64,000 nucleotides of DNA, taken from contig CBDANS010000004.1 in assembly GCA_965197745.1 (NCBI GenBank), positions 32,001 through 96,000 of the forward strand, written 5' to 3'. The translations under genes and the position numbers were made by a program. Below the pieces are notes generated by a model, which worked only from the letters and a program-made list of their open reading frames with translations, was not told the origin of the DNA and searched no databases. This document shows, piece after piece, positions 52,072 through 62,819 of the stretch (position 1 is the stretch's first letter; the number at the start of each line of letters is the position of its first letter). This DNA comes from Opitutales bacterium. GTDB lineage: Bacteria > Verrucomicrobiota > Verrucomicrobiia > Opitutales > PNEW01.

Positions 52072-53838
52072 ATGTTAGCGAGAACACAACTCATATTGGT
52101 AGAATCCTTGAGAGATTATGGAAGCCTGGATGACACACAGGCTTCCGAGCTCATTGAATCTACGGGGTTGTCAGGAGCTGAAGTAGAAAAAATATTAGTT
52201 AATAATTATCAGGTTGAACCTTACCCCCTTCTCATGTCGAAAGCTAAAGCCTATAATCTTTCGCCATTTAATCCGGCCAATTTCAATGTCACTGACCAAT
52301 GTTTCACATTTGTTGATCTCGATTTTTGCAGTCAGAACAATATATTACCCCTGGGGGAGGTAGGAAGTTATTTTGCCATTGCCACAGCGGATCCGCTGAA
52401 CCCGACACTGAGAGCCAAGATAGAAGGGGCGACAAAAAAACCCTTTTACTTTCTCATCGCCTTAGCGGAGGATATAGAAGCCAAATTCGGCCAAAGTAAT
52501 GAGCCAAAGATGGACGCCAAAGTTGGATTCGGCGATGTCGTTGAAGCCCTGGGCATGGAATTTGATATTGACCGGGAAGAAATTGAAGAAAGTGATCTTG
52601 AAAGCGAAGAATCGGCACCGGTTATTCTTCTTGCTAATCGTATCGTTGAAGACGCTTATTTTTCCGGCGGAAGTGATATCCATATTGAACCATTTGAAAA
52701 ACAGACACGGGTTCGCGTGCGCATAGATGGTGTTTGTAAAGAAAGGCTCACCGTTCCCAAAACCATAGCGGCCTCACTTATTGCCCGTTTAAAAGTAATG
52801 GGAAACCTGGATGTTGCGGAACGCAGGCGGTCCCAGGATGGGAGAATAGTATTTAAAAATTTTAATAGAAAAGGCATCGATGTTGATCTTCGCATGTCCA
52901 CATCTCCTATGAATTATGGCGAAGGATGTGTGATGCGTCTGCTTGACAAGCAGAAGTCAACCCTGCCGCTGGAGGACTTGGGCTTTTCCGAACATAACCT
53001 CGATATTTATCGGAGTATTATTCAACGGCCTTATGGAATGATCCTTCACTGCGGCCCTACAGGTTCGGGTAAATCAATGACCCTCTATTCCGCCCTTAAT
53101 GAAATTAATCACCCCGGAGTGTGCATAAGAACAGCTGAAGATCCGATTGAATACACCCTCCCCGGTATCTGCCAGGTGCAGATGAATCGCAGGATAGGAG
53201 TGACATTTGCCACTGCGCTTCGATCTTTTCTCAGGCAGGACCCGGATATTTTACTGGTTGGAGAAATTCGAGACGCGGAAACCGCGCAGATTGCAGTAGA
53301 AGCGGCCTTAACGGGTCACCTTCTTTTCAGTACGCTGCACACTAACGATGCGGCAAGTGCGATTGCTCGAATAACGGAGATTGGGGTGGAGCCCTTTATG
53401 ATTTCGTCTTCTCTCCTTTGTGTATGCGCCCAACGATTATTGCGCCGTTTATGTGAATCCTGTAAACAAACCTATAAGGTTGAAGGGGAAGAAAAAGATA
53501 TTTTAGAACGTGCCATCAAATGGAGTGGTGATGTATTTCAACCAAAAGAATCGGGTTGTCCCAACTGCGGCGGATCGGGATACCGCGGACGGCTGGGCAT
53601 ACACGAATTAATGGCTGCCAATGAAGAGCTCGTACGCGGGATTAATATGGGTTTGGAATCCAGTCAGCTCAAAGGGATAGCGATAAGAAACGATATGAGA
53701 ACCTTACACCAAGACAGCATGGAAAAGGTTAAAATGGGATTTACCTCTATCGAGGAATGTGTCGCAACCGTGCCGCCTGATATCGAGGATATCGATTTAC
53801 TCCTGATGCAGGAAGAAATACAGGTAAAGGAAGCCTGA
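52072..53838 (+). CDS. pilB: GspE/PilB-family assembly ATPase
   Basis: [44 protein letters not shown], zinc CxxC pairs. Confidence 0.92.
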   Translation: MLARTQLILVESLRDYGSLDDTQASELIESTGLSGAEVEKILVNNYQVEPYPLLMSKAKAYNLSPFNPANFNVTDQCFTFVDLDFCSQNNILPLGEVGSYFAIATADPLNPTLRAKIEGATKKPFYFLIALAEDIEAKFGQSNEPKMDAKVGFGDVVEALGMEFDIDREEIEESDLESEESAPVILLANRIVEDAYFSGGSDIHIEPFEKQTRVRVRIDGVCKERLTVPKTIAASLIARLKVMGNLDVAERRRSQDGRIVFKNFNRKGIDVDLRMSTSPMNYGEGCVMRLLDKQKSTLPLEDLGFSEHNLDIYRSIIQRPYGMILHCGPTGSGKSMTLYSALNEINHPGVCIRTAEDPIEYTLPGICQVQMNRRIGVTFATALRSFLRQDPDILLVGEIRDAETAQIAVEAALTGHLLFSTLHTNDAASAIARITEIGVEPFMISSSLLCVCAQRLLRRLCESCKQTYKVEGEEKDILERAIKWSGDVFQPKESGCPNCGGSGYRGRLGIHELMAANEELVRGINMGLESSQLKGIAIRNDMRTLHQDSMEKVKMGFTSIEECVATVPPDIEDIDLLLMQEEIQVKEA

Positions 53839-53839
53839 T

Positions 53840-54664
53840 CTAATCAATCTCACCTGCACCATTCAGACTATTCATCCAGTTGATAAATAGATCCGGCCAC
53901 TTATGAGAATTTCCCTCTTTTAGACCCAGGCCAAAACCATGGCCGCCGGTGGCAAAAATGTGCATTTCGGCAGGGACCCCGACGGCACGTAGAGCCTGAA
54001 AATAGTCGGTACTGATATTAACAGCGCCCCCTGGCTCGTCGTTGGCGTGGACGATAAATGTAGGTGGAAATTCGGGTGTCACTTTTGATTTATCGTTTCC
54101 ATAAATCATACACATAAAATCAGGGCGTGAAGGGATTTGATCAATAGGATCATCGCTATTGGCTTCCTTATCATCTAAGAGTGCTGACGCGATATGACCA
54201 CCCGCGGAAAACCCCATAAATCCCGTACTCTGAGGATCTATCTTCCATTCTTTTGCCCGGCTTCTCGCTATTCTCATTGCCCGTCGGCCATCCAGTGAAG
54301 CAACACTGCGATCGTGCGGAGTAGTCCGATACTTGAGAACCAAGCCAGCAACCCCCTTTGTCGTCAGCCATTTTGCCACGTTGTGTCCCTCCTTATCAAT
54401 CGCGAGATATTTAAAACCGCCGCCGGGACAGACTATTATGGCCGTTCCTGTATTAATGTCTTCCGGGGGCAGATATACAGTCAGTGAAGGCAGGTAAACA
54501 TTATGGATGGCGCGATCAAGTTTTGTGTCGCCTCGGTGGACCACAGCTTCTTTTTTCCCCGTATCTATTGTTCCCGGGGCGCCATCAAGCCAGAGAGGCA
54601 CGGTTTGGGGTTCAATCTCTGTCATTGTGCTCATTATTGATTCCTCCTCAATTATTTTACCCAC
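53840..54664 (-). CDS. Alpha/beta hydrolase (esterase, BD-FAE/xylan-esterase-like)
   Basis: PGGGF, GFSAGGH, GHGFGL. Confidence 0.9.
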   Translation of the reverse strand: MGKIIEEESIMSTMTEIEPQTVPLWLDGAPGTIDTGKKEAVVHRGDTKLDRAIHNVYLPSLTVYLPPEDINTGTAIIVCPGGGFKYLAIDKEGHNVAKWLTTKGVAGLVLKYRTTPHDRSVASLDGRRAMRIARSRAKEWKIDPQSTGFMGFSAGGHIASALLDDKEANSDDPIDQIPSRPDFMCMIYGNDKSKVTPEFPPTFIVHANDEPGGAVNISTDYFQALRAVGVPAEMHIFATGGHGFGLGLKEGNSHKWPDLFINWMNSLNGAGEID

Positions 54665-54898
54665 GCAATAATACCTTACATTTTATGGCGTTTTATAACA
54701 GAAAAAATTGAGCTTATTTTTTCCTACTACAATAGGATTCTGTGAAATTCACAAAGAGGAACCGGGGCTGTGCCAACTCGATCTTCATCCTTAATTGCGA
54801 TTATAAATGCAGTTTATTATTACTTTACTGATTTAAACCTTAAGCTAGAATTGGGAATAACTATTTAGCGAAAACATTACCCCGGGTATGTTCATATT

Positions 54899-56326
54899 AT
54901 GCCACAGTCGCCTCAAATGGAATCCATAGAAACACGCACCGCAAGATTATGGGAAGCGCTTCTACCGGTTGTTCTCCTCGTCGTTTTTCTCAGCTATTAT
55001 ATTATCGAACTAAAAGGTGAAAACCCCCATTTACCGCTAATCGGTGGCACAATCATAGCGGGAATCATGGCTTGGCGGCTTGGACATAAGTGGGAAGCTA
55101 TCCAGGACGGCATCATCGGAGGGATCATGATTTCGATGCAAGCCATCATCATCCTTATGCTAATCGGTATGTTGATCAGCACCTGGATCGCAAGCGGCAT
55201 CGTGCCTACGATGATTTACTATGGACTGGAATTACTCTCACCCACTTACTTTTTCTTTGCCGCATGCATTATTTGTGCGATCGTTTCACTCGCTACCGGT
55301 AGTTCGTGGACAACGGCCGGGACTGTCGGTGTAGCCCTCATAGGGATAAGTGAAGGATTAGGTTTACCCTTACCGATAACTGCGGGAGCCATAATCTCAG
55401 GCGCTTATTTTGGGGATAAAATGTCTCCCCTCTCTGACAGCACAAATCTCGCTGCCGCTGTAGGAAATGCCGAATTGTTCGATCACATCCGGCACATGAT
55501 TTTCACGACATTACCGGCATTGTTAATCGCGCTAATCCTGTATCTGATATTAGGCTTGAATCTCAGTGTGGGACAGGCGGAGCAAACGAACGTGAGCGTC
55601 ATCCTCGAAACCCTGGAGAGAACTTTTACTATTCACTGGCTGCTTCTCACCCCTGTCTTGCTCGTAGTTTTAATTGTTTATTTGCGCATCGCGGCAATCC
55701 CCGCTCTGCTCGGTGGCATATTCCTGGGTAGTTTGATCGCGATGATCTTTCAAAATGTCTCTTTTGGTAATATCCTGGAAATTGCTCACTCCGGCTACAG
55801 GGGGCAAACCGAAGTACCGTCTGTTGATGAATTGCTCAACCGTGGAGGGCTTCAAAGTATGCTGTGGACCGTATCGCTCATCATTTGCGCCTTATCATTT
55901 GGAGGTGTGATGGAAAAATCGGGTATGTTAAAAGTGATCGCGTTTACGATTTTAAAGAAAGCGCATACAACAGGTTCTCTGGTTACCGCCACGGTGGCTA
56001 CCTGTATAGGATCAAATGTTGTCGCAGCTGATCAGTATCTTTCCCTGATTTTACCGGGGCGGATGTATCAAACAGCCTATGCTGATGCCGGACTTGCCTC
56101 AAAAAATCTTTCTCGCGTCCTCGAAGACAGTGGGACGCTGACCTCGCCTCTAATCCCCTGGAACACCTGCGGTGCCACAATGATTGCTACACTGGGCGTG
56201 GCTCCCTGGGTCTATGTGCCTTATTGTGTTTTAAATCTGATCACCCCTATTGTCTCGATCATCTATGGATTTACCGGAATTACGATGACCAAAGCGAAGG
56301 ACGATTCGACTCAGACATCAGCGTGA
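54899..56326 (+). CDS. nhaC: NhaC-family Na+/H+ antiporter
   Basis: GSSWTTAGTVG, GAYFGDKMSPLSD, RGGLQSM, EDSGT, LIPWNTCG. Confidence 0.95.
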   Translation: MPQSPQMESIETRTARLWEALLPVVLLVVFLSYYIIELKGENPHLPLIGGTIIAGIMAWRLGHKWEAIQDGIIGGIMISMQAIIILMLIGMLISTWIASGIVPTMIYYGLELLSPTYFFFAACIICAIVSLATGSSWTTAGTVGVALIGISEGLGLPLPITAGAIISGAYFGDKMSPLSDSTNLAAAVGNAELFDHIRHMIFTTLPALLIALILYLILGLNLSVGQAEQTNVSVILETLERTFTIHWLLLTPVLLVVLIVYLRIAAIPALLGGIFLGSLIAMIFQNVSFGNILEIAHSGYRGQTEVPSVDELLNRGGLQSMLWTVSLIICALSFGGVMEKSGMLKVIAFTILKKAHTTGSLVTATVATCIGSNVVAADQYLSLILPGRMYQTAYADAGLASKNLSRVLEDSGTLTSPLIPWNTCGATMIATLGVAPWVYVPYCVLNLITPIVSIIYGFTGITMTKAKDDSTQTSA

Positions 56327-56472
56327 GCAGAGTTAAATGGAAAACTCGCGGTCGCACTCTGTTGCGTCCGCTTAGAAACATGATTAATATTTAATAACTT
56401 GTACAGTGGCGAACGTTCGATTGAGCTGTAAACCTCATAATTCAGAGACTAAAAATACGCAACAGACATCCC

Positions 56473-56606
56473 CCTGGATTGCCGCGGCTGACAGGCAGCC
56501 TCGCAATGACAATAGAGGGTATACTGTAAGAGGATAATTAGAACATATTCACTGTAGATTTTTATGTCATTGCGAGTCCCGCGGCCGCGGGACGAAGCAA
56601 TCCAGG
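56473..56606. repeat. REP-like inverted pair
   Basis: CCTGGATTGCCGCGGCTGACAGGCAGCCTCGCAATGACA ... TGTCATTGCGAGTCCCGCGGCCGCGGGACGAAGCAATCCAGG. Confidence 0.8.
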
Positions 56607-56829
56607 CGAATAGTCATTGTCCCTACGAATACCAGTCTCCACTCAGGTTTTTCCAATTAGGATTCGTCTCTTCAATTAAGGAAATCTTCTATTTTCTAGA
56701 TCCGACTTTGATTTTCATTTCACGTGCGATCACATTATGAATATCATTAAAGACCCTGAGCTCATGCCGAAGAGAACTCGTCGATCACCGCGCACCTTAG
56801 TCAATGAATTAATACCCGAGTGAAGAGAA

Positions 56830-58020
56830 TTAATTTTTATCTTTATTTGAATCCGCATCACTCAAACGGTTATATTGCCTCAACAAATCAAGCAATCGAT
56901 CGTGGGGGAGTGCAAAAATTGTATTTTCATTAATACCCGCCATCGTTTCGGCAGCGATCAATGCGTTACTGATGGCTTCTTCCGTTGCCTGGATAGTCGC
57001 CTCGAAAATAGGATTTAAATTGTTATTTTTTAAAAATGATGCGTTCATCGTGCGATCTTCCTCGTCGTGATGTAATCGCGCCGTGGTAAAAGCAATAAAC
57101 AGGTCACCTGAAGAATTCATTGAAATACCGCCGGTTCGAGCGACCCCTAAGGTTATCCGTTTAGCTACGCGTTTAAGTTGATAAGGGAGCAGCGGCGCAT
57201 CCGTTGCCATGACGACAATAATAGATCCGTCTTTATCTTTCCGATTGTGCATTTCCGGCATAAGGTCGGTAATAGCTTTACCTACTGGCACTCCACTGAT
57301 GACGAGCTGAGAGCGACGGCCATAATTCGCCTGGACTAGAACTCCCACAGTGTAGCCTCCCTCGTCTTCAGGGAGGAGACGTGAGGCTGTTCCGATCCCA
57401 GCTTTAAACTGGAAAGCCACCATCCCGGTCCCTCCTCCAATATTGCCTTCTTCCAGTGGACCCGACCGTGCGGTATTTAAGGCATGAAAGGCATGCTTCT
57501 GTTTTAGATGAAAACCATTTATGTCGTTAAGGCGTCCATCCCAGGTTTCTGCTACAACCGGTAGGCTAACCGGATACCCATTTGGATCAGCTTTGAGTGA
57601 CCACGCCACGACTGCGTCAACAACAGTACCGACACTGTGCGTATTGGTTATCATGATCGGCCCTTCAAGAAATCCGGATTCCTCCAACCAGTGGCTCCCT
57701 GTCATTTCCCCATTGCCATTTAAAGAATAAATACTCGCAAAAACTTTTTCAAAATCTGCTTTACCGCGTGGTAGAACAGCAGTAACACCGGTGCGAACAG
57801 GACCTTTTCCCACTTTTAGAGTACCCTTCCCCTTTATTAATGTAGTGTGTCCGACCTCTATTCCGGCAACATCGGTGATCGCGTTCCATTGTCCGGTAAC
57901 ACCGTCAAAAGGAATACCCAGATCACGTGCGCGTGGTTTCCCCCATATGAGTAGAGGAATTAAACCTGCAGTGAGGTATAAGAAAACACGAAGGTAGCAG
58001 CGGGGATACTTTATGCACAT
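56830..58020 (-). CDS. DmpA/S58 (P1-family) aminopeptidase
   Basis: NAITDV.G..VGH, RTGVT, NGNGEMTG, GGGTGM, DGSII autoproteolysis site, SGDLFIAF. Confidence 0.94.
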   Translation of the reverse strand: MCIKYPRCYLRVFLYLTAGLIPLLIWGKPRARDLGIPFDGVTGQWNAITDVAGIEVGHTTLIKGKGTLKVGKGPVRTGVTAVLPRGKADFEKVFASIYSLNGNGEMTGSHWLEESGFLEGPIMITNTHSVGTVVDAVVAWSLKADPNGYPVSLPVVAETWDGRLNDINGFHLKQKHAFHALNTARSGPLEEGNIGGGTGMVAFQFKAGIGTASRLLPEDEGGYTVGVLVQANYGRRSQLVISGVPVGKAITDLMPEMHNRKDKDGSIIVVMATDAPLLPYQLKRVAKRITLGVARTGGISMNSSGDLFIAFTTARLHHDEEDRTMNASFLKNNNLNPIFEATIQATEEAISNALIAAETMAGINENTIFALPHDRLLDLLRQYNRLSDADSNKDKN

Positions 58021-58119
58021 TTACTATTTGAGGTTTCAAATATATTTGAACGAAAGTTGAGAGAAGGGAACTCCGAATGGATAATACTTTACCTGGTTAA
58101 AGACAATCAGATAAACTTT

Positions 58120-59286
58120 TCAACTGGGGCGTTTTTTCAGACTGTAAAGTATAAATGTTGCTGAAAGTCCTAAGAGAAACAATGCGGCTACGGCATAAGT
58201 TTCAGCCATGCTAAAGTAAAGGGTGAGCGGATGTGCGATAAGCGGCGAAGAAAACATGCCGAGGAATATGCAGGTTGTCATTCCCCCCACCGCTCTGCCA
58301 CGATAAATCTCAGGCGTAACCGCGTTTACCCATACCGTAACATTAGGCGCAAATAAACCGAAACCCAGGGACGTGGTAATGAGTCCGATAACCGCAACCC
58401 AATAACTTCCCGCAATATAGAGGATGAGGTAGCCAATGGCAACGATTATAAAAACAGCGAGGGAGATATGAATATAGCTGAATCGGCTTTTAATAGAACC
58501 GTAGCGTAAAGAAACAAAAGCGCTGATACAGATTGCTGATGAGAGAGCTAAACCCACTTTAGTACTGCTCGTGGTTTCAATTTCATTCATATAAAAGGGA
58601 AAGAGGACTACTTTGAGATAGAATATAGCCATCGTCATATAGATGAGTCCGTAAATAGAACCGAGTATTAAGAAAGGGAACTTTTCTTTGGGCTCTTCGC
58701 TCTGGATTGATTGCTCTTTTTCTTTTTTTTGCGGTTCATTGATGAAAATAGCAGCAGCAATAAAGATCAGAAAGGGAATGGCGTATATAAAAAAGGGAGC
58801 ACGCCAATGAATTTCCGCAAGGACACCACCCAAAGCCAGAAAGAGCGTAGAACCAAAACTGGTAAAAGAAAATTGATACCCCATTAGTTTATGGCGTTTT
58901 TCATCTTCATAATAATCGGCTATGAGGGTCACGCAGGTGGTCATTGTCCCTGCGGCGGATAAGCCCAATAAGGCTCTTCCAATCATTAAAAGATAAAGAG
59001 AATCCAAGTAGCAACCGGTAGTGCCTCCCAGTCCATATAAAAAGATAGCACAGAGTAGAAGTTTCTTCCGTCCATATTTATCGACTATGAATCCGGCGAG
59101 AGGGGCACCGATGGCGGTAAACAGGCCCGGTGTCGTAAGGAAAAGCCTGACCAACAATCCCGCATGAGGAACATCCTGAAAATGCTCAAGGATTTTTGGC
59201 ATTGCAGGAATGACCACACCTCCACCCATTCCCGCAATACTGCTGGCTAAGAGTAGGGTAATTAAGCATGGCATACCTTTTTTCAT
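58120..59286 (-). CDS. MFS transporter
   Basis: About 12 TMs; G.IVDKYGRKK motif A. Confidence 0.92.
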   Translation of the reverse strand: MKKGMPCLITLLLASSIAGMGGGVVIPAMPKILEHFQDVPHAGLLVRLFLTTPGLFTAIGAPLAGFIVDKYGRKKLLLCAIFLYGLGGTTGCYLDSLYLLMIGRALLGLSAAGTMTTCVTLIADYYEDEKRHKLMGYQFSFTSFGSTLFLALGGVLAEIHWRAPFFIYAIPFLIFIAAAIFINEPQKKEKEQSIQSEEPKEKFPFLILGSIYGLIYMTMAIFYLKVVLFPFYMNEIETTSSTKVGLALSSAICISAFVSLRYGSIKSRFSYIHISLAVFIIVAIGYLILYIAGSYWVAVIGLITTSLGFGLFAPNVTVWVNAVTPEIYRGRAVGGMTTCIFLGMFSSPLIAHPLTLYFSMAETYAVAALFLLGLSATFILYSLKKRPS

Positions 59287-59412
59287 TGAATTTTCAGAAA
59301 GATTTCGAAGTTACATTAATGACTATAAAATTGGCGAAAAAAGGTTAAGGGCATAGCATCCTCACGGAGGTATGTAATTTGCCTGAATACGGGTACACGA
59401 ACAGATACTTCA

Positions 59413-60828
59413 CTACGCAATAACAGGTTTTTTCTTCCAAAATTCCGTAGCCTGCTCAAAGGCGTAAGCCAACTGTAATACACCGAGATCATCATGGTGA
59501 CGACCCACGATTTGAACGCCAACGGGGAGTCCATCAGAAGTGAAACCACAGGGCACTGAAATTGCCGGCAATCCTGTAACCGTTATATAATAACAGGATT
59601 TCATCCATTCGATATAGTTATCCATCTTTACTCCGTTGATTTCAGTAATATATCGTTGCTTTGCATCAAAGGGAGGAACCTGGTTTACGGGAAGAATGAG
59701 AAATTCGTGATGCTGCATGAATTCTCTTACCCGGTGGTAAAGTTCGGTTCGCATGATTTCTGCTTTTCCAATTTGCGAGCCGCTTAATTTTTTACCTTCT
59801 TCGATATTCCAAATTACGGTTTCTTTGATCTGCTCTCGGTGTTCATCGATTAAGTCTCCATAGGTTAATTCAAATTTCCAGGCTCGCCATACGATGAAGG
59901 CCTCATCCGCTCCTGAAAAATCGGGTTCGCCGTCGATGATATCGCAACCGAGTGTCTCGAACACGTGCCGTTGGCCGTCAATCACCTCAGTGACTCGGGG
60001 ATCTACTGGAAGCCCACCCAGATCGCGACTCCAGGCGATAGACACATTTTTAAAGTCTCGTTTTAAGGATTGCGTGAAAGTATGACCCGGTTCGCTTATG
60101 GCGATGGGGGAGCGAGGGTCCGGTCCTGCGATCACACTCAACATGGTAGCAACATCTTCAACGGTGCGCGCCATGGGTCCCTGCACGGCGAGTGGATACC
60201 AACCAGCAAGCGTGGGCCAAACGGGGACTCTCCCCGGTGAAGGACGAAACCCAACGACGTTACAAAAATTAGCGGGGTTGCGCAACGATCCCCCTAAGTC
60301 ACTTCCATCGGCAATCGGTTGCATCCCGCAAGCGAGGGCAACGGCGGCACCGCCGCTGCTTCCTCCGCACGTTTTAGTGGTATCATAAGGATTGAGGGTT
60401 TCTCCAAACACAGAATTATAAGTTTGAGAACCGGCACCGAATTCAGGGGTGTTCGTTTTTCCGAGGGTGATTGCACCGGCCTTTTTTAAACGTTCGACAA
60501 TCAAAGCATCTTCATCCGGAATGAAATCCTTGAAAATGGGAGATCCTGATGTAGTGCGTATTCCTTTCGTTGAGACCAGATCCTTATGTGCCACAGGAAT
60601 TCCGTGGAGTGGCCCTGCGGATTCACCTCGGGCCAGTCTTTCATCAGCGGCGGCAGCCTGTTTAATTGCCTCCTCGGGAAGGAGGGTAATAATGGCATTA
60701 ACTTTAGGATTTACCCGGTCAATTTGAGCCAGGTGAGCATTCATTACTTCTCTTGCGGAAATTTTCTTTGAAGAGAGGAGACGGGCCAATTCGGTGGCGG
60801 TATAGAAACATATTTCAGGACTGGACAC
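59413..60828 (-). CDS. Amidase-signature family amidase
   Basis: LHGIPVAHKD, GKTNTPEF, GGSSGG, GSDLGGSLRNPA. Confidence 0.95.
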   Translation of the reverse strand: MSSPEICFYTATELARLLSSKKISAREVMNAHLAQIDRVNPKVNAIITLLPEEAIKQAAAADERLARGESAGPLHGIPVAHKDLVSTKGIRTTSGSPIFKDFIPDEDALIVERLKKAGAITLGKTNTPEFGAGSQTYNSVFGETLNPYDTTKTCGGSSGGAAVALACGMQPIADGSDLGGSLRNPANFCNVVGFRPSPGRVPVWPTLAGWYPLAVQGPMARTVEDVATMLSVIAGPDPRSPIAISEPGHTFTQSLKRDFKNVSIAWSRDLGGLPVDPRVTEVIDGQRHVFETLGCDIIDGEPDFSGADEAFIVWRAWKFELTYGDLIDEHREQIKETVIWNIEEGKKLSGSQIGKAEIMRTELYHRVREFMQHHEFLILPVNQVPPFDAKQRYITEINGVKMDNYIEWMKSCYYITVTGLPAISVPCGFTSDGLPVGVQIVGRHHDDLGVLQLAYAFEQATEFWKKKPVIA

Positions 60829-60999
60829 AAAAAAACCTTTGTAAGTGGATTATAATAAGGTGACTCCAATCAGGAAATGCGGATTACCATGACTGCCACA
60901 ACAAGAAAAAGTAAAATTTTAATACCAGTAACTCTGAATAGGGTCTCTTAGTAGACACCATCACTCCTATGACTGCGGCGAGCGTGGACAAACTGAAAT

Positions 61000-61752
61000 T
61001 TAATCAAGACCTAACAGCCGACTGGCATTTCCCCCCAGCACGAGCCGTTTAGCATCATCCGAAATCTCAGCCGTGATGATTTTTCCTATTTGCGCGCGTG
61101 GGTCCATAACCGGGATATCCGAGCCATAGAGTACCCGATCGGCGCCCGCTTCATTCACCAACTGCTCAATCACCCCCGGCGTGCGAAAAGTTGAACAGGT
61201 TTCCAGATAGATGTTGGGATGGGCTTGTGCTCCGGCGATGGCGTCAGCCCGTTCCTCAGCGACATTACCAGAGTGCCCGGCAACAAATTTCGCATTGGGA
61301 TAATCGGGGGCCAGTTTAGCCAGGTATCGCGTGTGATTTTGCCATTCGACACCGGTATGAAAAAGTATGGCCAATCCGCGTTCATGGGCGAATTCATAAA
61401 TGGGATGCCAGGGGGGCTTATAAATTTCGCATGTGGTATATGGCGGATAGACTTTTATTGCGCGAAATTTTAACTCATCAATGGCTCGATTGAGTTCCGG
61501 GACCATCCTTTCGGGCATTTCCGGCGAGACGACGGCATAACCGATAAAACGATCGGGGTACTTGCCGATGAACGCGGCTGCCTTATCATTGCCGGTGGTC
61601 CCGTCAGGATAGAATGTGTTAAAGAGACAGGATATATCTATCCCCGCAGAGTCCATGGCGTGAAGCATAATCTCCTGACTATAATTATTGCCCCATTTGT
61701 CCCATCGGCCGACGTGTCCATGAAAATCTATAACTTTAACTCCATCAATCAT
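61000..61752 (-). CDS. Amidohydrolase_2 family metallohydrolase
   Basis: IDFHGH, ILFHTG, AGHSG, LYGSD.P. Confidence 0.9.
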   Translation of the reverse strand: MIDGVKVIDFHGHVGRWDKWGNNYSQEIMLHAMDSAGIDISCLFNTFYPDGTTGNDKAAAFIGKYPDRFIGYAVVSPEMPERMVPELNRAIDELKFRAIKVYPPYTTCEIYKPPWHPIYEFAHERGLAILFHTGVEWQNHTRYLAKLAPDYPNAKFVAGHSGNVAEERADAIAGAQAHPNIYLETCSTFRTPGVIEQLVNEAGADRVLYGSDIPVMDPRAQIGKIITAEISDDAKRLVLGGNASRLLGLD

Positions 61753-62519
61753 GATTTACCTGCGCTCTCTAAAATGCGTTCGAGATTACCTGAGCAGACA
61801 AGCTTCAATTCATCATCGCTCAAATTAGTATGGTGAAGATAAAAAAGCATCGGCCCCATGATATAACGGGTGTAATACGAACCGTATACCAATCGTTCGA
61901 CCCCAAATTCATCCCGTAAGGCTTCGATTTCTCCAAGGGGTTCGTAGCGACTCAATTCGAGGTAAGCGTTAGGGAGTGCTTTCATCGCGGGGCGCACCCA
62001 TAATCCATGACGATAATGGGCACCTACGATCACCGTTACGAGATTGGGATAATCCTGTAGGGTAGTTACGATATCTTCATTTTCAGTTTCTAATAGGGAG
62101 ATCCAAAGGGGAATATGGTTTTCACTGAACCAGGTGAGAAGGGAATGGTAACCCCATGATTTAAAGGTCAAACCCGATTGATGGATAGTATCGTGTATAT
62201 GCAGTCGAGCACAATTGACCCTTCCTTTAGCGTGTAGATCTTTAATTTGATCGAGTGAGTGTTCGGATGAGAGCACCGACCACAACGGTTGCAGCCGCCC
62301 CTCATTTCCCAACCAGGTTTCAAGATCCATGTTACCTTCTATGGGGCTGCGGTGTTCTCCCTGTGCATGGTAAACGAGGGCTCGCTCAACAGCATGTCGG
62401 TCCATTTCAGCAAGTAATTCGTCACGGTTACGGCAGGGGCAAACTTCTTCAGGGCGGTCTCCAACCCTGACGTTGGCATCAAATACAGGCACCCGTGCTC
62501 TAAAATTCAGAGTCGTCAT
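61749..62519 (-). CDS. Amidohydrolase_2-like protein with degenerate metal site
   Basis: Same fold pattern, but DANVRVG replaces DxHxH and VYGSYY replaces GSD. Confidence 0.75.
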   Translation of the reverse strand: MTTLNFRARVPVFDANVRVGDRPEEVCPCRNRDELLAEMDRHAVERALVYHAQGEHRSPIEGNMDLETWLGNEGRLQPLWSVLSSEHSLDQIKDLHAKGRVNCARLHIHDTIHQSGLTFKSWGYHSLLTWFSENHIPLWISLLETENEDIVTTLQDYPNLVTVIVGAHYRHGLWVRPAMKALPNAYLELSRYEPLGEIEALRDEFGVERLVYGSYYTRYIMGPMLFYLHHTNLSDDELKLVCSGNLERILESAGKS

Positions 62520-62819
62520 AGATAACTGGTATAATTTAGAATGACTTAGACAGGGTGAAGTATAAATTTCAAGGTGGAATTAATTTGCGGGGGTTTGTTC
62601 CCACCCGACGACGTGGATCGATCCTATCAATTACGCCTATTATCTATAGCGGTTCCAGTCTTTCTATGAATTTTCAGGATCCATGTGATTTTTTGTATTT
62701 TATTCCTGCTTTCCTCGAATAGTTAGAATACAGTTCCTGAGGTCGAGATTTACTCGACCCGAGGATTATAAGTAATGAAAAGAAAACGGGTTGAATCAGG
62801 GTAAGGGGAAACGGAAAAT

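Noticed and set aside
54720..54898. Lysine riboswitch upstream of nhaC (AGAGG...GGGGCTGTGCC)
   Set aside because: Motifs are too close together and the P1-P5 architecture cannot be built; an Rfam scan would be needed.
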